Virus record (IMG/VR): IMGVR_UViG_3300037882_001770
Location: 253,494-317,493 of that record
Direction: 5' to 3' (one strand)
Length of the DNA stretch: 64,000 nt
Below the pieces are notes generated by a model that was given only the letters and a program-made list of their open reading frames with translations, was not told where the DNA came from and searched no databases. Of the stretch, positions 27,403-35,414 are shown one piece after another; the stretch's first letter is position 1, and each line of letters starts with the position of its first letter. The translations under genes and the position numbers were made by a program.

Positions 27403-29028
27403 ATGACACAAGACAATTTAACAGCCAAACAACTTGATTACGCTGTATTCTTGCCGGCCATCAGTGGTTTTTATGCTACCTTTGTAGGCAAACAACGTGA
27501 TCCTGTAAACGGCCCATACGTGGATCCGGCTCGCTTACCAGCCGGCATTCCAGACATGGAAATGATGAACTGGCTCAATGATCAAAAGGGTATGTTTCCA
27601 TACAAGTGGAGTCTGTATTCGGGTGGGCATGCCAACTTAGATCTCAACAAGCAAGACTGGTCCGAGGACATGGTCCGTAACAGAGATCCAAACACCTTGT
27701 TGCTAGGCGATTCGGGTGGATTCCAGATTGCCAAAGGCCTATGGGAAGGCGACTGGAAAGCCAACTCGGGTTGTCCCAAAGCACAGAAGAAGCGTGAAGC
27801 TGTGCTCAAATGGTTAGACAACATCAGCGACTACTGCATGACCTTAGATATACCGACCTGGGTCATTCACGATAAAAAAGCGTCTGCGGCCTGCCAAATT
27901 ACTAATTTACAACAGGCAGTAGACGCCACCAAGTACAACAATGAATACTTTATGAAACACCGACGGGGCAAGGCCAATGGCGGTACTAAGATACTAAATG
28001 TACTGCAAGGCGCCGGACACGATGATGCTGATCGTTGGTATGATTTAATGAAAGACTACTGTGATCCTATCAAATATCCCGACACACACTTTGATGGGTG
28101 GGCCATGGGTGGTCAAAACATGTGTGATGTACATCTAGTACTAAAACGTTTGGTAGCGCTGCGTCATGACAATCTGTTACAAGAAGGCATACACGATTGG
28201 ATGCACTTCTTGGGCACAAGCAAATTAGAGTGGGCGGTGTTGTTAACTGACATTCAACGTGCCATTCGCAAGTATGTTAATCCAAGTTTCACCATTAGCT
28301 TTGACTGTGCCAGCCCGTTTTTGGCTACAGCCAATGGGCAGGTGTATCATCACATTGACCTTCCACACAACGATAAATGGTGCTACAGGATGAGTCCCAT
28401 TGCTGATGATAAAAAATATAGTACCGACACTCGTCCATACGGCCAGGCAGTTGTAGCAGATGGATTGGTCGATCACTTTGATGAAAGCCCAATCAGTCAA
28501 CAGTTACAAATGAAGGACATTTGTATCTATAAGCCCGGGGTTAGAAAAACTGAGGCCGAACTCAACGGCGAAACATTTGATCCCAACAACATGAGTCACT
28601 TTCATATTGCACCGGACTTGAACAAGATTGGCAAGAATGGTAAAACAAGTTGGGACAGTTTCAGTTATGCCCTACTTATGGGTCATAATGTTTGGACACA
28701 TATCGAGGCTGTGCAACGTGCCAATCGTGCGTATGATTCGGGTACATGGCCAGCTATGATGTGGAATCAAAACGGCGATCATGCCCGATTCAAGGATATT
28801 GTGGATGCCATATTTGCCACACCCGATCGGGCAGAGGCCGAAGCCATAATCGAACACTATGACCGTTATTGGATGGACATTGTGGGCACACGTGGATTCA
28901 AAGGCAAGAAAGCCAAAAATGCCCGTGCTCAATTCAATGTGTTGTTTGAAGTAGAAGAAACCAACGATGGTGTTGACGGAGACGAAATCGAGTTTGATGA
29001 ATCTAAATTGGAGAATTTAAGTGTATGA
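27403..29028 (+). CDS. tRNA-guanine-transglycosylase-fold protein (candidate DNA 7-deazaguanine transglycosylase, DpdA-like)
   Basis: GDSGGFQ, TLDIP, VLQG, GWAMGG, HFLG, SFDCAS motifs in TGT order; no CxCxxC zinc site. Confidence 0.75.
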   Translation: MTQDNLTAKQLDYAVFLPAISGFYATFVGKQRDPVNGPYVDPARLPAGIPDMEMMNWLNDQKGMFPYKWSLYSGGHANLDLNKQDWSEDMVRNRDPNTLLLGDSGGFQIAKGLWEGDWKANSGCPKAQKKREAVLKWLDNISDYCMTLDIPTWVIHDKKASAACQITNLQQAVDATKYNNEYFMKHRRGKANGGTKILNVLQGAGHDDADRWYDLMKDYCDPIKYPDTHFDGWAMGGQNMCDVHLVLKRLVALRHDNLLQEGIHDWMHFLGTSKLEWAVLLTDIQRAIRKYVNPSFTISFDCASPFLATANGQVYHHIDLPHNDKWCYRMSPIADDKKYSTDTRPYGQAVVADGLVDHFDESPISQQLQMKDICIYKPGVRKTEAELNGETFDPNNMSHFHIAPDLNKIGKNGKTSWDSFSYALLMGHNVWTHIEAVQRANRAYDSGTWPAMMWNQNGDHARFKDIVDAIFATPDRAEAEAIIEHYDRYWMDIVGTRGFKGKKAKNARAQFNVLFEVEETNDGVDGDEIEFDESKLENLSV

Positions 29029-29383
29029 TCTAATTTTTATCATGTTAGGTCTGTTGTTTATCAAGCACTGGTATGTTGATTTTGTTAATCAAAGCCAAGA
29101 GGAAATCAATAGCAAGAGCAAGTATGGTAGTCTTGATGGCATATCACACAGTGCCAAACACGGACTAGGAACCATATTTGTATTCTTGTTAGTAGGATTA
29201 GATCCTGCCTTGTCGGTGGCACTCGGTACTATCGATATGATTGTTCATTACCATATTGACTGGATAAAAATGAAATTTGGCACCAATGACATCACTACTA
29301 AAGAATTTTGGAGTCAATTGGGATTCGATCAACTTGTACACGCATTTACTTACATTGGACTGGTTTGGATATTATATGTTTGA
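29021..29383 (+). CDS. DUF3307-like membrane protein
   Basis: KHWYVDF..Q, H..KH, HYHIDWIK, GFDQLVH motifs. Confidence 0.7.
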   Translation: MYDLIFIMLGLLFIKHWYVDFVNQSQEEINSKSKYGSLDGISHSAKHGLGTIFVFLLVGLDPALSVALGTIDMIVHYHIDWIKMKFGTNDITTKEFWSQLGFDQLVHAFTYIGLVWILYV

Positions 29384-29552
29384 AAATCGTTTGACACATT
29401 TAGAAGAATTACACCAGCAACTTAACAAACGGATTGACGGTATGGAAAGCACTGGAGTGTTCGAGGATGCAACCTTAGAGGTTTTGAAGAAACAAAGGTT
29501 GCATTTAAAGGACGAAATTGCTAAAATCAAACATCAACATAATTTAAAATAA
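29376..29552 (+). CDS. YdcH/DUF465-like coiled-coil protein
   Basis: LEELHQQL...LKKQRLHLKDEI. Confidence 0.65.
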   Translation: MFENRLTHLEELHQQLNKRIDGMESTGVFEDATLEVLKKQRLHLKDEIAKIKHQHNLK

Positions 29553-29560
29553 GGCAGCAC

Positions 29561-30100
29561 ATGGACCGAATTGGACATGAGGAAGTAAATTTCTTTGTAG
29601 GAACTGAAGTAGAGCACACTCCGGCATTTGAACAACTCACACTGTTTGTGGTAGGACTGCAATCTATGACGGATGTCAATCGTCAACTAGAGAATTTAAC
29701 TTCTTACGCTGATCAGAGTCGCAATATCACTCATGTGTATTTTGGTGCCAATCAAAGTTTTCCTAATCCAGCATTTGACGATGCCGCAACATGGAATGCT
29801 TGGGAAGCCATGATTAACAATGTGTTGGCTCAGGGATTCTTTGCCACACTAGATTTAGATGTTACAGCAGTAGAAGGATTACTCGAAAGCAGTTTGGTCG
29901 AGCAAATGAAATTTATACCAATGATTAGTGTTAAATTACCTTATATCAAACAACTAGGATACAATGCTACTCTTAAAATTGACGACAAAGATTTTAACGC
30001 AACAAACCCAGGGGTCTGGTGCCACTCGTTACACGACTTACAAAAGCGTGAGGTGTTTACTGACTGGTCTAAATACACAAAGGACGAAGTTATCAAATGA
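29561..30100 (+). CDS. Hypothetical protein in deazaguanine cluster
   Basis: 179-aa ORF. Confidence 0.6.
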   Translation: MDRIGHEEVNFFVGTEVEHTPAFEQLTLFVVGLQSMTDVNRQLENLTSYADQSRNITHVYFGANQSFPNPAFDDAATWNAWEAMINNVLAQGFFATLDLDVTAVEGLLESSLVEQMKFIPMISVKLPYIKQLGYNATLKIDDKDFNATNPGVWCHSLHDLQKREVFTDWSKYTKDEVIK

Positions 30101-30423
30101 AAAATTGGCTAAGACAACGATTAATTAACATATTAGTTGATACTGATGATGGCGTTAAACAACCAAGACCTAGCAGAATCAGTCGTGGAAATATTAGTGT
30201 TACATTAGATGACGGATTGTGTGATGATAGCCCTAGCGGCATTGATCTTCCGGACCCTATTACCTTTAAAGTGCAAGCAGTATCAGGTGGAACAGTAGTT
30301 GAATCTCGTTGGTATGACTATAAGAAAGATGAGCATCGTGTCAAACTGCACATTATCACCCAGGATGAAAACTTATCTGAATCTATTGGCAAAATTGTAA
30401 CCATGGAACTACTACAAAAATGA
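30097..30423 (+). CDS. Hypothetical protein
   Basis: ATGA overlaps both sides. Confidence 0.55.
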   Translation: MKNWLRQRLINILVDTDDGVKQPRPSRISRGNISVTLDDGLCDDSPSGIDLPDPITFKVQAVSGGTVVESRWYDYKKDEHRVKLHIITQDENLSESIGKIVTMELLQK

Positions 30424-30884
30424 TACAACAAGAACGCGAACAAATTGAACGAATTAAATCAAAGGCAGAACGTAAAATCTGGGTTACATTCCGTCGAGAA
30501 GGAATCCACTGTTATCCAGCAGCAGCCACTGATCCGCAATTAAATACCAACGATGAATACAATGTTGCGTTTCTCGCTAGCCCTCATCGTCATATGTTTC
30601 ACTTCCGGGTGTGGATCGATGTCTTCCACAATGACCGAGATATCGAATTCATCCAGTTCAAACGCTGGCTCGAAAATCTTTACAGTGGAACCGGTCCCTA
30701 TAATGAAGGTCGAGTTTTAGAATTGAACCATAAATCTTGTGAGATGATCGCAGATGACCTATATATACAGATAGCAGGTCGATATCCAGACCGTGCTGTG
30801 TGGATTGAAGTAGCCGAAGATGGTGAGAACGGTTGCCTCATTAAGTATGAACTTACTCACCCTAACCTCAGTATTAAAATTTAA
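30420..30884 (+). CDS. QueD-like T-fold protein (second paralog)
   Basis: F..EGIH, HRH-x-F-H, DIEF, SCE-x-IA, IEVAED match the T-fold metal-binding layout. Confidence 0.55.
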   Translation: MIQQEREQIERIKSKAERKIWVTFRREGIHCYPAAATDPQLNTNDEYNVAFLASPHRHMFHFRVWIDVFHNDRDIEFIQFKRWLENLYSGTGPYNEGRVLELNHKSCEMIADDLYIQIAGRYPDRAVWIEVAEDGENGCLIKYELTHPNLSIKI

Positions 30885-30895
30885 AAGGAAACATC

Positions 30896-31126
30896 ATGGG
30901 CAAGCCTGTACATCGCCTTAATCCCCGAGCAGTTGCTATTATGGACGATTTGGATAGCTTTTTAGCATTCTGTGTCGACTATGGCTACAGATATAACGAA
31001 AGTGATCTGTACAACTTTAAGAGCTATGCTTGGCAACAATACAACAAATTTAATCAAGGTAAAAATGCCAAGAACATGTGGGATGAAGATACTCGCAGAT
31101 TCTCAGGATATCGTCGCCATGCGTAA
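30896..31126 (+). CDS. Hypothetical protein
   Basis: AAGGA RBS, 76 aa. Confidence 0.55.
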   Translation: MGKPVHRLNPRAVAIMDDLDSFLAFCVDYGYRYNESDLYNFKSYAWQQYNKFNQGKNAKNMWDEDTRRFSGYRRHA

Positions 31127-32321
31127 ACTATTCTACATGGGCTTAGAGTCGTACGAGGCTCGGTATACACTACAACTGACTGAATGGAATCGCCGTGTGT
31201 TTGAACGGCGCGGCCTGGATGTGGTTTATGTTCCTGGCACTACTATCGATGACTCCCAAGCTATCTGCGTGGGTCAAGTGCTGGATGCACATGGTCGCAG
31301 TTACTTTGGCATGAGTCAGATGATGAACCTGGTTCAACTAATGCGAAATGGAGAAGTCACTAGTGAAGATGTTATCTACTTTGAAGACATGTTTCAACCC
31401 GGTATCGAGAGCTTGCCTTATATTATGGATCAAGTGCCTGTTACTCACCGTCCTCGTGTTTATGTACGTTGCCTTGCTCAGGCCATTGATCCAGATGACT
31501 TTGTTCATGTATGGGGTATGGCTAAATGGATGGACCTGTACGAAAAAATGGTTAACGAATTTGTCACAGGTGTATTAGCAACTAATGAAGAGATGGTGGC
31601 TCACATGCGTATTGCAGGGTGGACTGCTCCTATCTACAATATTTCAGGATTGGCGTTTGGCAAAGCAGAAGTTCTAGAGCGTATAGGTGGCTCGCAAAAT
31701 ATCAAACCCTTTGCAGAACGTAAACGTCGTGTCGGTTTTGCGGCACGTTGGGATCAAGAGAAGCAACCGGGTTTCTTCATGGACTTGATTGACATGTACG
31801 GTGAGTTAACTACGGAGCCGTGCGAGTTTGCTATATTCCAAGGCGGACCATTACGCAGTAACAATCCTGAATATGTAGAACGTGCCCGACGCATGGAGCG
31901 TGAAGGTAAACTTAAAATTTACGATAACTTAACTAAGAACGAATACTATGCTCTTGTCAACGACACTCGCGTATTGTTTAATTGTGCTTTACAGGACTGG
32001 GTGTCAAACACAGTCTCAGAAGCAGATACACTTGGAGCAAATGTTTTATATCCTGCTTATCGTAGCTTCCCTGAAACTTTTGCAGATGACCCAAACCGGC
32101 TTTATGTTCCTTGGTCAATAGATGATGCCTATCACAAAATGCAAAACTTGTTACGTGAACCACATCATAACATGGGCTTGATCAGTGATTGGACTGATGG
32201 AACTGTTGATCGCATTGTAGACATTTTAGAAGGCAAGGGCGAGCAATGGAATCGTGCAGGCAATCGCTATCGAGATCATGTAAGCCAGGCCAAATACCAT
32301 GTAAGGAAGATCGAATCATGA
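31119..32321 (+). CDS. GT-B glycosyltransferase
   Basis: FAARWDQEKQP and EA...GA...YP...SFPE C-terminal domain; start re-assigned to MRKLFY. Confidence 0.7.
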   Translation: MRKLFYMGLESYEARYTLQLTEWNRRVFERRGLDVVYVPGTTIDDSQAICVGQVLDAHGRSYFGMSQMMNLVQLMRNGEVTSEDVIYFEDMFQPGIESLPYIMDQVPVTHRPRVYVRCLAQAIDPDDFVHVWGMAKWMDLYEKMVNEFVTGVLATNEEMVAHMRIAGWTAPIYNISGLAFGKAEVLERIGGSQNIKPFAERKRRVGFAARWDQEKQPGFFMDLIDMYGELTTEPCEFAIFQGGPLRSNNPEYVERARRMEREGKLKIYDNLTKNEYYALVNDTRVLFNCALQDWVSNTVSEADTLGANVLYPAYRSFPETFADDPNRLYVPWSIDDAYHKMQNLLREPHHNMGLISDWTDGTVDRIVDILEGKGEQWNRAGNRYRDHVSQAKYHVRKIES

Positions 32322-33268
32322 AAGTTGTAGTTACTGGTGCGGCCGGGTACATTGGCGGAGAAACACTAATCAAGTTAGTCGATGCCGGACATGATGTACT
32401 GGCTATAGATCGTGTGATGCCACCAGGTAGTTTAATTTCGGTTCCTTGCCAATGGCACACTGGTGATTTTGCCAGTGAACTAGGAATAGACGCTATCAAG
32501 TTGTTTTGCCCTGATGCTATTATTCATTGTGCCGGTACTAGTTTGGTCGGACCAAGCCTAGAGCATCCAGAAGAATACTACAATAATAACTTTATTAAAA
32601 CTAAAATTCTATTAGACTATTTGGTCAAGAATCATGACAAACAAGTTAGATTTATTTTTAGTTCAAGTGCCGCAACCTACGGTAATCCCATCATGACTCC
32701 GGTTCAAGAAATTGATCCAACTGAGCCAATTAGTCCATACGGCCAAAGTAAGTTAATGATTGACTGGATGTTACAAAGTTATCAGCAAGCCTACGGATTA
32801 GACTTTGTGTCATTTCGTTACTTTAATGCTTGCGGTGCTGATAGTCAAGCCCGACACGGTCAGCCACCAGGAGCTACTCATATCATTGCTCGTGTGTTAG
32901 AATCAGTTAAAAATAACACTGACTTTACTTTGTATGGCACCGATTATCCCACTGATGATGGTACTTGTATTCGCGACTATATCCACGTGGAAGATCTAGC
33001 AGAAGCACACATTATTGCTATAGACCAAACCATCCCCAGCGGTGTTTATAATCTCGGTACTAATGCCGGTAACAGTAATCTTGCAGTTGTACAATTAGCT
33101 TCGCAGATAGTCAGCCGAGATATTCCGGTACTACACGGACCTCAACGAAAAGGTGATCCTGCTATCCTTACTGCTGATGCTAGCAAGTTTATGAGCGTGA
33201 GCTCTTGGGCTCCAAGATTTACGTTACATGATATTATTACCCACGCATGGGCCTGGTATAATAAATGA
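32318..33268 (+). CDS. galE: UDP-glucose 4-epimerase
   Basis: TGAAGYIG, FSSSAATYG, YGQSK, RYFNACG, DGTCIRDYIHVEDLA. Confidence 0.88.
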   Translation: MKVVVTGAAGYIGGETLIKLVDAGHDVLAIDRVMPPGSLISVPCQWHTGDFASELGIDAIKLFCPDAIIHCAGTSLVGPSLEHPEEYYNNNFIKTKILLDYLVKNHDKQVRFIFSSSAATYGNPIMTPVQEIDPTEPISPYGQSKLMIDWMLQSYQQAYGLDFVSFRYFNACGADSQARHGQPPGATHIIARVLESVKNNTDFTLYGTDYPTDDGTCIRDYIHVEDLAEAHIIAIDQTIPSGVYNLGTNAGNSNLAVVQLASQIVSRDIPVLHGPQRKGDPAILTADASKFMSVSSWAPRFTLHDIITHAWAWYNK

Positions 33269-33855
33269 GTTTCCAAGCATTATTTGATTTTGAATCTGCG
33301 CTAGCTGAATATACCGGCGCACCTTACGTAGTACTAACTGACGGTTGTACTCATGCTCTAGAACTTTGTTTTCGTTACGACAAAATCAAAGAAACTGCAT
33401 TTACACCATATACCTACTTGAGTGTCCCTATGCTTATGCATCACTTGGGGATCAAGTATGAATATCATAACCAAGAGCATAGACAAAAGTGGACAGGTGA
33501 ATACAAGTTCGAATGTACACGTATCTGGGACTCGGCTCGTAGACTAGAACGCAACATGTACCACCCAGGACAAATGCAGTGCCTGAGTTTTGGATGGACC
33601 AAACCTCTACAACTGGGCAAGGTAGGCGCCATCCTTCTTGACGACGCAGAAGCACATCGCGTCATGAGTCGGCAACGGTCAGATGGTAGAGATCTACATG
33701 TGCCATGGGAAACCGAAACCGAATTGATCTTGGGTTATCACTATTGCCCCACTTTGGAACTATGCGTAAAGGGATTAGAATTATTACCCGTTATAGAACC
33801 CCGGTCACAACCTGGCATTTATCCAGACTGTAGAAATATTTTGTTTACTACTTGA
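33265..33855 (+). CDS. Short DegT/DnrJ-family PLP aminotransferase-like protein
   Basis: FESALAEYTG, CTHALEL, DSA, LSFGWTKPL (PLP Lys); about half normal length. Confidence 0.65.
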   Translation: MSFQALFDFESALAEYTGAPYVVLTDGCTHALELCFRYDKIKETAFTPYTYLSVPMLMHHLGIKYEYHNQEHRQKWTGEYKFECTRIWDSARRLERNMYHPGQMQCLSFGWTKPLQLGKVGAILLDDAEAHRVMSRQRSDGRDLHVPWETETELILGYHYCPTLELCVKGLELLPVIEPRSQPGIYPDCRNILFTT

Positions 33856-33880
33856 TAAAGATCTAAATAACTGTTATAAT
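33852..33880 (+). promoter_or_regulatory. Sigma70-like promoter with TAAATA in spacer
   Basis: TTGATA-N17-TATAAT. Confidence 0.55.
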
Positions 33881-33932
33881 AGCAACAAGACTGGTCATCC
33901 TCGACCACAACAAATAACTCGGAGAAAATGCA

Positions 33933-34763
33933 ATGCCTAAATATGTTTCACCTGAAGAACAAAAGATAGAAGATTTAAAATCACGAAAATATGCAGACGA
34001 AGCGCCGTATCATCCTGGCTACGAAGATGCGGCCTTGGGACCAATCGCATTCGACGAAGACAAAGACTACAAGGAAGCTAATCTAGCCGATGCCATTAGA
34101 TTTAACATGCGGCGCGATAAGAAACGTTTTTGGGCCGGTGATAACATTAGTGATTATCTGCACGAAGGCGATAAAGAACGCCTTATCAATGAAGCTACGG
34201 TGGCTTTTGAAAAAGTGTTAGATACCTTGTTGATTGATCGTGAAACAGACCCTAACAGCCGAGGCACAGCACGTAGACTGGCCAAGATGTATTTTAACGA
34301 AATTATGGAGGGTAGATATGCGCCAGCCCCAGATGCAACAGCTTTTCCGAATGATTCAGAAGACCGCTATGAAGGTATGTTGGTTGTTCGTAGTGAGTTA
34401 CGAAGTATATGCAGTCATCACCATCAGCCTGTCAGTGGTGTTGCTTATATTGGCATCATCGCCGCCAACAAACTTATCGGTCTTTCTAAGTATACTCGGA
34501 TCGCTCAGTGGTGCGCTCGCCGTGGTACTCTACAAGAAGAATTATGTAACGACATTGCAAGAGAAATAATGCGAGCCACAGACTCAGAAAACGTGGGTGT
34601 GTATGTACAGGCCACGCATGGGTGTTGTGAAAATCGTGGTATTATGGCACATTCCAGTCTAACACAGACTACCGTGCTTCGAGGTTCGTTCCAAACAGAT
34701 CCCGGCACTAAAAAAGAGTTCATGGACAATATCAAACTACAACAGGACTTTGCGCCAAGATGA
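33933..34763 (+). CDS. folE: GTP cyclohydrolase I
   Basis: SICSHHHQP, GLSK, LQEEL, HGCCENRG motifs. Confidence 0.92.
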   Translation: MPKYVSPEEQKIEDLKSRKYADEAPYHPGYEDAALGPIAFDEDKDYKEANLADAIRFNMRRDKKRFWAGDNISDYLHEGDKERLINEATVAFEKVLDTLLIDRETDPNSRGTARRLAKMYFNEIMEGRYAPAPDATAFPNDSEDRYEGMLVVRSELRSICSHHHQPVSGVAYIGIIAANKLIGLSKYTRIAQWCARRGTLQEELCNDIAREIMRATDSENVGVYVQATHGCCENRGIMAHSSLTQTTVLRGSFQTDPGTKKEFMDNIKLQQDFAPR

Positions 34764-34984
34764 ATACAGCAAAACAACTAGCAGACCAACTTATCACACG
34801 TGCCAAAAACATGCAGGAGTTTACGGTACTACGTGACTTTGACGACATTGTGTTTGATGGTGGGGTGATTCCATTTACCATCAATCACTGCATGGGTGAA
34901 CAGGCTCGTATTATTGTGCCGGCGGTTACCCAAAAAGAAGCCGAGCAACAGGTCGATCGTTGGTTACGAGAACAACGTGCATGA
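34760..34984 (+). CDS. Hypothetical protein
   Basis: ATGA overlaps both sides. Confidence 0.5.
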   Translation: MNTAKQLADQLITRAKNMQEFTVLRDFDDIVFDGGVIPFTINHCMGEQARIIVPAVTQKEAEQQVDRWLREQRA

Positions 34985-35337
34985 CTATCAACGCTTCATC
35001 ACCGTTTTTGTTTGTAGGCCCTAGTAATAATTCATATGTTGGCACTAATGGTCCTGGGGCCGGAATGGTTAGATACAATACCAACACACAGTCGTTAGAA
35101 GCGTTTGACGGCAGTGTATGGATTCGAATTGCCAATGATCAAAGCGTTGGGTTGGTTAGTGATGCGGTAGATGCTATTCATTGGGCCAGAGACAAAATCA
35201 TCAAAGAACAACAGCTAAAAGAATTGGCTAAACAACATCCTGGCGTTTCCGACGCCATGCAACAGCTTCAACGAGCAAGTGAACAGCTAGAAATAATGGT
35301 TCATCTGGTCAACCAAGACAAAAACTCTGTTGTATAA
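34981..35337 (+). CDS. Hypothetical protein
   Basis: GMVRYN...EAFDGSVW motif then helical tail. Confidence 0.55.
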   Translation: MTINASSPFLFVGPSNNSYVGTNGPGAGMVRYNTNTQSLEAFDGSVWIRIANDQSVGLVSDAVDAIHWARDKIIKEQQLKELAKQHPGVSDAMQQLQRASEQLEIMVHLVNQDKNSVV

Positions 35338-35354
35338 AGGCAACATCTAGCAGT

Positions 35355-35383
35355 TTGACTTAAAATTCCGTTTCTCTTATAAT
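35355..35383 (+). promoter_or_regulatory. Sigma70-like promoter
   Basis: TTGACT-N17-TATAAT. Confidence 0.65.
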
Positions 35384-35414
35384 ACTAGTATCGTAATAAA
35401 TTCTAGGGTATAGG

